The notes below the pieces were generated by a model. It was given only the letters and a program-made list of their open reading frames with translations. It was not told the origin of the DNA and did not search any database. The position numbers and the translations under genes are program-made. Shown here one piece after another: positions 59,563 through 64,000 of a DNA stretch of 64,000 bases (position 1 is its first letter; every line of letters begins with the position of its first letter). Source of the DNA: Candidatus Anstonellales archaeon (GTDB lineage: Archaea > Micrarchaeota > Micrarchaeia > Anstonellales > J096); the NCBI GenBank assembly GCA_038890745.1, contig JAWAFD010000002.1, positions 64,001 to 128,000 of the forward strand, given 5' to 3'.

Positions 59563-60441
59563 CTATTTATATTTGTTTTTGTAAACCACAATCATCTCGT
59601 CTATTCCCTTCCACAAACTTCTAGGAGCAAACCCGAGTTCGTTGTATGCTTTTGCAAAATCAAAAACCCTATCTGAGGAAAGGATGTCAAAATGCTCCTG
59701 AGAAAATTTTATTCCTGCCCATGTAGAAAGCGTTTTTGCGATTCCGGGGGGGAGCTTGAGCCATGGTGGTTTTTTTCCAAGCGCGTTTGCAACATATGCA
59801 TAAATATCTTTTTGTTTTTCTGCTTTCCCTGAAATCACATATATCCCATGGGCATTCTTTTCATAAGCCAATTTGAATGCATGCGCAACATCCTCAACAT
59901 GCACAAAAGGAATTCTGTTCTCGCCGCTCCCGAAAATGATCATCTTCCCCTTATCTATTAGTCTTATTATCCTAAAATAGTCTTCATACTCAGGCCCGTA
60001 CATTGTTGCAATTCTCAGCGCAACATTTTCCTTATTTTTGTTCAGCACTATGTTTTCAGCTTCTAACTTCGCCCTTGCGTACGCAGAGTCAGGTCTTAAC
60101 TCTGTAAATTCATCAGCCGGAATCTCGGCAAGTTTTTTTCCATAAACCGCTATGCTGGATGCGTATATTATTTTTCCTTCTGGGAGTGCTTCGGTGATGT
60201 TTTCCGTAATCTCAACATTCCCCTTTCTCAGCTCGGATTCATTCTCAAAATCCATGCTTCCTGCAGCGTGCAACACAATATCCCCTTTCTTGAAAATTTT
60301 TTCAAGTTGGGTTCTGCTGTAGTTTGTGAGGATGCTTTTTCTTCCGATAATCGGCTTTCGTGAGAGTGGTGTTGCTTTTGGAAACGCATCCAAAAGACGC
60401 TTCCCAAGCCTTCCGCTCGCACCGGTTATGTACATCATCAT
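59563..60441 (-). CDS. NAD-dependent epimerase/dehydratase
   Basis: ITGASGRLG, ASSIAVYG, YARAK, FVHVEDVA. Confidence 0.9.
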   Translation of the reverse strand: MMMYITGASGRLGKRLLDAFPKATPLSRKPIIGRKSILTNYSRTQLEKIFKKGDIVLHAAGSMDFENESELRKGNVEITENITEALPEGKIIYASSIAVYGKKLAEIPADEFTELRPDSAYARAKLEAENIVLNKNKENVALRIATMYGPEYEDYFRIIRLIDKGKMIIFGSGENRIPFVHVEDVAHAFKLAYEKNAHGIYVISGKAEKQKDIYAYVANALGKKPPWLKLPPGIAKTLSTWAGIKFSQEHFDILSSDRVFDFAKAYNELGFAPRSLWKGIDEMIVVYKNKYK

Positions 60442-60510
60442 AGTTTTTGATTATGGAAATATTTTTATACATTCATTATTATAATTTTACACAATGGTTG
60501 TGGTGGGTTG

Positions 60511-61521
60511 ATGAGAGAGAGGAACGGAATAAAATTTTTTGGGAGTCATACTGTTGTTGGCATACTCAATGAGAATAAGCTTTTTGATTTGAAATACATA
60601 AAAGAAAATGGAGGAAGGTTACCACCGTACATCATTGCCGTTGGGGATAGGAGGAGGGTTTGGAAGGCAAAGAACCTTCTTGAAGAATTCGTGCTTTTGG
60701 ATGAGGAGGCAAAAAGGTTTGGTTTGGATTTTGCCGGGAGGGTTGCGGTTGCGGTAGGAAAGTTCAAGGGCGTGCCCGTGTGTGTTTTTGAAACCCAGAT
60801 GGGATGCCCTGCAACCCAGATAAACGCAAATGAGATTCTTTATTTCTCAGATGATGAAGGGTATTTTGTTGATGGGGATAGGGTAGTTAGCGATGGGATA
60901 TATATAATAAGGGTTGGGACATGCGCAGGCATAAATGCCGGGGATAATGTTGCGCCAGTATTAGAAATCGGAGATGTTGTCATATCCGAGCGCTCCTTTG
61001 GTTCTGTCGGCGCCATACTCCAATCCTACATCGGAAAGATTAACTTTTTGGACGGTGTGGAAAGAAAGGATATTATTTCTTCACGTCTTGTTAAAGAGGC
61101 GATCAGTTTGGATGGGAGGGACAGAACGCTTATGGCAGAAGAGTCTGAGGTTATAATTTATTCCCTAAAAGCACATGCTGAAAATAAAAGAATTAGGTAT
61201 TTTGTTGGCAACGATTTTACTAAGGATTCCCTGTACGCTGAGTTCAGCGAGGAAGATTTCGTTTTTCTTAGAAAGAATTACGGAGTAATTACTACAGAGA
61301 TGGAACAGCTTTCCATAGACGCCCTAGCGGCAGTTTACAGAAATGCTGGCATACCTGTTCATAGTGGTCTGATATCTTCTGTTGTCGGCGTAATACCGGG
61401 AAAATCATTCCCGGATAAAGAAGAAGAGTTCAGAAAGGTTGAGAGAGCCGAACAGAATTCTTTGGAGATAGCACTGAATGCTCTTTACTCTATCGCAAAA
61501 TCAAAAAACCGCGGCTTATAG
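60511..61521 (+). CDS. Nucleoside (uridine) phosphorylase-like protein
   Basis: VGDRRRV, TQMGCPA, IIRVGTCAG, KDSLY, TEME. Confidence 0.82.
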   Translation: MRERNGIKFFGSHTVVGILNENKLFDLKYIKENGGRLPPYIIAVGDRRRVWKAKNLLEEFVLLDEEAKRFGLDFAGRVAVAVGKFKGVPVCVFETQMGCPATQINANEILYFSDDEGYFVDGDRVVSDGIYIIRVGTCAGINAGDNVAPVLEIGDVVISERSFGSVGAILQSYIGKINFLDGVERKDIISSRLVKEAISLDGRDRTLMAEESEVIIYSLKAHAENKRIRYFVGNDFTKDSLYAEFSEEDFVFLRKNYGVITTEMEQLSIDALAAVYRNAGIPVHSGLISSVVGVIPGKSFPDKEEEFRKVERAEQNSLEIALNALYSIAKSKNRGL

Positions 61522-62442
61522 CTTTAGTTTTTCAAAAAACATTTTTTTCCTTTCTGCCTTTCTTTTCATTCCGAGCAGGATCTTTCTTGATCGCTGGTCG
61601 ATTTTATCCTTCAACATATTGTTGCAAAAATGCAGAAATTCATTATAGTGCGCAAGCGGATTTTTGCATCTTGTCCCCCAGTCAAAAACAGCACATTTCA
61701 TCTTCCTCCCAAGGAATTCCCCATAGTTTTTTAGTATATGCTTTTTTGTTTCTTCGGGGAATAGGACTGTTTTTCCAAAAAACCTCAGGTCTGTACCGTC
61801 AGGCATGAGATGGAAAAACTCCTCGCAAACGAACAGGAAAAGCTCTGAATCAGGGAAACTTCTTTTCATTTCTTTTTCAATTTTCCTTATCCTTTTCCCC
61901 CCGCTGTAGGAGCATGCTAGGGAGGTTATTATAAGCCTGTTGAGTTTTAGTTTTGCTTTTTTCATTTCATTAAAAAGCAGAGAGGTTGCCTTCTCTAGCG
62001 TCGCTGCTGTGGCTATGGTATCTCCTATTATTATGGTAGCGTTGTTCGGGAGGGATTCAAAATTTTTGTAATCCGCATCAGCTACGAATCTTCCCTTTGT
62101 TCCTTCTATTTTTCTTCTTTTGATCCCTATAAAACACTGGGGCAATGCCTCACCGTATACTTTTTTGAACCCATGGTTTATTCCGTAGAATAACCCGCCG
62201 GAGAGAAGGACAAGCTCGCATGCATTTTTGAGCTTTGAGCCCTTAACAGCCATACCCATTGCTTTCACAAATGTTTCCCCAACTTTGTCCATTCCATCCT
62301 GCAATTCTTTTCCTGCCAAATATGGTTTGAACAAAACATCCCTTGCGTATTTGGAAGAGAGTATGAAGGTTTTTTCCGGAAGGTTTCTATCCCTCACTCT
62401 GTACAGCACAAAACCATTTTTTGAGGATAGCTTTTGGATCAT
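61516..62442 (-). CDS. Divergent type I phosphoribosyltransferase (UPRTase-like)
   Basis: VLLSGG, FIGIKR, Y.N...LP, IIIGDTIATAATL, DWG.R. Confidence 0.65.
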   Translation of the reverse strand: MIQKLSSKNGFVLYRVRDRNLPEKTFILSSKYARDVLFKPYLAGKELQDGMDKVGETFVKAMGMAVKGSKLKNACELVLLSGGLFYGINHGFKKVYGEALPQCFIGIKRRKIEGTKGRFVADADYKNFESLPNNATIIIGDTIATAATLEKATSLLFNEMKKAKLKLNRLIITSLACSYSGGKRIRKIEKEMKRSFPDSELFLFVCEEFFHLMPDGTDLRFFGKTVLFPEETKKHILKNYGEFLGRKMKCAVFDWGTRCKNPLAHYNEFLHFCNNMLKDKIDQRSRKILLGMKRKAERKKMFFEKLKL

Positions 62443-62494
62443 CGTAATGGATTGAGGTATTCTTTTTTAAAACATTTTGTGCGCATTTCATTTC

Positions 62495-63079
62495 ATGAAT
62501 GTTTTTAGCCTTTTGAAAGAATACGACAAGAGCTTTTTAGAAGCAAAAAAAATTCTGATTTCAGATGGTGTTATCATCTACCCAACGGATACGCTTTATG
62601 GAATAGGCGGAAATGCGCTCAAAGAAAAGGTTGTGGAAAGGATAAGGAAGATAAAAGGGAGGGAAGGTGAAAAACCCATGAGCGTTGTGCTCGGTGGCCT
62701 TTCCATGATTTTGGATTTTTTTGAGATCAACGATGAGCAAATGGCTTACATTACCCGCTACCTTCCCGGTCCATACACATTCTTACTTAAACCAAAAAAA
62801 CCCATGGCTGTTAGTGAGGGATTGGTTGGGATAAGGGTTCCGGAGCATATTTTTATTATAAGACTTGTAAAGGAGGTCGGGTTTCCTATCGTTTCAACCT
62901 CTGCGAACATTTCAGGTGAGCCAGCTCCTTATCGGGTTGAGAATATAAAAAAAGAGGTTTTGGATGGGGCGGATTTAGTCATAGATGGCGGGCCTACGAA
63001 ATATAAGGAGGGTTCTACTGTTGTTGATTTGGTGAATAAAAAAATAATAAGAAAGGGCGCGGGGGAGTTTGAGTTTTAG
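62495..63079 (+). CDS. tsaC: L-threonylcarbamoyladenylate synthase (TsaC/YrdC domain only)
   Basis: YPTDTLYG, KGR..KP, LPGPYT, VGIRVP, STSANISG, STVVD. Confidence 0.93.
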   Translation: MNVFSLLKEYDKSFLEAKKILISDGVIIYPTDTLYGIGGNALKEKVVERIRKIKGREGEKPMSVVLGGLSMILDFFEINDEQMAYITRYLPGPYTFLLKPKKPMAVSEGLVGIRVPEHIFIIRLVKEVGFPIVSTSANISGEPAPYRVENIKKEVLDGADLVIDGGPTKYKEGSTVVDLVNKKIIRKGAGEFEF

Positions 63080-64000
63080 TTATGGGCATTCCGCAAGTAT
63101 TGTAATTGTTTGATTGTATGTTCCGTTCTGCTGTCCTATCGGGGTGTATAGTTGCAGATAAAGTGTAAAGAAATCTCCACCTGGAAGGTTTTCGTAAACA
63201 AGCGCTGGCGAATTTGTAATTGGTGTTTTTGTTTCATAACTTCCAGAGGTTGTGTTCCATCTTGTTCTTGTAGAAGAGAATGTTGAAGGGCCTACCCAGT
63301 TTGTTCCATTTATTGAAAAGTTCCCCGGTATTGTTCCGGAATTGGTTATGGTTATGGTTTTTTCTGCACTTATGACATTTGTTGTAAGCGCGCCAAAGTA
63401 AACATCTGTTTCACTGGCATATACGCCGCATGTATCCGGAATAACCTCAACGGTTGTATTTTTCCATTCGCTCCAATATGTTCCATCATACGCCCGGGCT
63501 TCGCATGTAATATTATCCCCAGCAGAGCTTTCGTTTGCAGGGAGGGAAACATTCGATTCTATCCATGAATCCCTAATACCAGAACCGTAGCCATCATACG
63601 CAGGCAAGTGTACATCATTTACATACCATCTGAACTGAACATTTTCTGCATCATAGGGGTCTTCATGCGTATAGTATGCTCTGCATAATGCGTTTGAGGA
63701 TTCGTAGACAGGGGTTGGATAGATCTCAACCTCTGTGATGTTTCCGGGGAAACAGGAGCGATTTGTTACATCCGTAGGACCTGAAACATTGACAATGCCA
63801 TAAAGATTTCCGCATCCTGTATTTCCGCTATCCATTCCAACTATTATGTTTGCAAAATAATTCCTTGAGATGTAGTTTGTTGTTCCGCTCACCCTTATTG
63901 CAGACAAGAAAGGTTGGGTTGAGAGAGTAAAGAAGTTTTTGTAAATTATGTTGCCCTCCCCTGAACACATTATGCACTGCCACCCACTGCATCTTCCTGT
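63080..64000 (-). CDS. Secreted/surface protein with Ig-like domains (partial; 5' end lies outside the window)
   Basis: Frame is open to the window edge; YYTHEDPYD..FRWYVN..ITCEARAYDG; G.YNQTIT.LA tail. Confidence 0.7.
   Translation of the reverse strand, partial: TGRCSGWQCIMCSGEGNIIYKNFFTLSTQPFLSAIRVSGTTNYISRNYFANIIVGMDSGNTGCGNLYGIVNVSGPTDVTNRSCFPGNITEVEIYPTPVYESSNALCRAYYTHEDPYDAENVQFRWYVNDVHLPAYDGYGSGIRDSWIESNVSLPANESSAGDNITCEARAYDGTYWSEWKNTTVEVIPDTCGVYASETDVYFGALTTNVISAEKTITITNSGTIPGNFSINGTNWVGPSTFSSTRTRWNTTSGSYETKTPITNSPALVYENLPGGDFFTLYLQLYTPIGQQNGTYNQTITILAECP

Overview
Archaeal chromosomal window, inferred to be a DPANN archaeon and probably Micrarchaeota. Archaeal markers are split rpoB''/B' and rpoA'/A'', proteasome alpha, Cdc48, GGGP synthase, eL30/eL41, an intron-containing tRNA and TATA-like promoters; the DPANN call rests on compact, shortened genes and a divergent uS12. 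The backbone is housekeeping: pyrBI, prs, tmk, pyrH, secDF, serS, rpoH-B''-B'-A'-A''(intein)-L30e-nusA-S12-S7-EF2, guaAA, RPA, cdc48, bud32, tsaC. Orphan or accessory genes are scattered through it. Highlights: (1) an 815-aa protein with five near-identical 84-aa HTH-like repeats that vary mostly at the predicted recognition-helix codons, fused to a methyltransferase-like domain (a candidate TALE-like modular DNA reader); (2) three small gene cassettes with no integrase, each bracketed by 26-60 bp direct repeats copied from a neighbouring gene end or promoter, one of which has GAA in place of the TAA stop and fuses an NFACT/Rqc2 N-terminus to a transglutaminase-TPR module; (3) a five-gene VirB4-like ATPase/membrane operon with no relaxase nearby; (4) membrane-anchored peptidoglycan-hydrolase-like proteins (SLT, M23) and a patatin; (5) a tandem beta-carbonic-anhydrase-like protein and a metal-ligand-less ComEC-like lipoprotein. 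All family assignments come from motif recognition by eye; no database searches were run.
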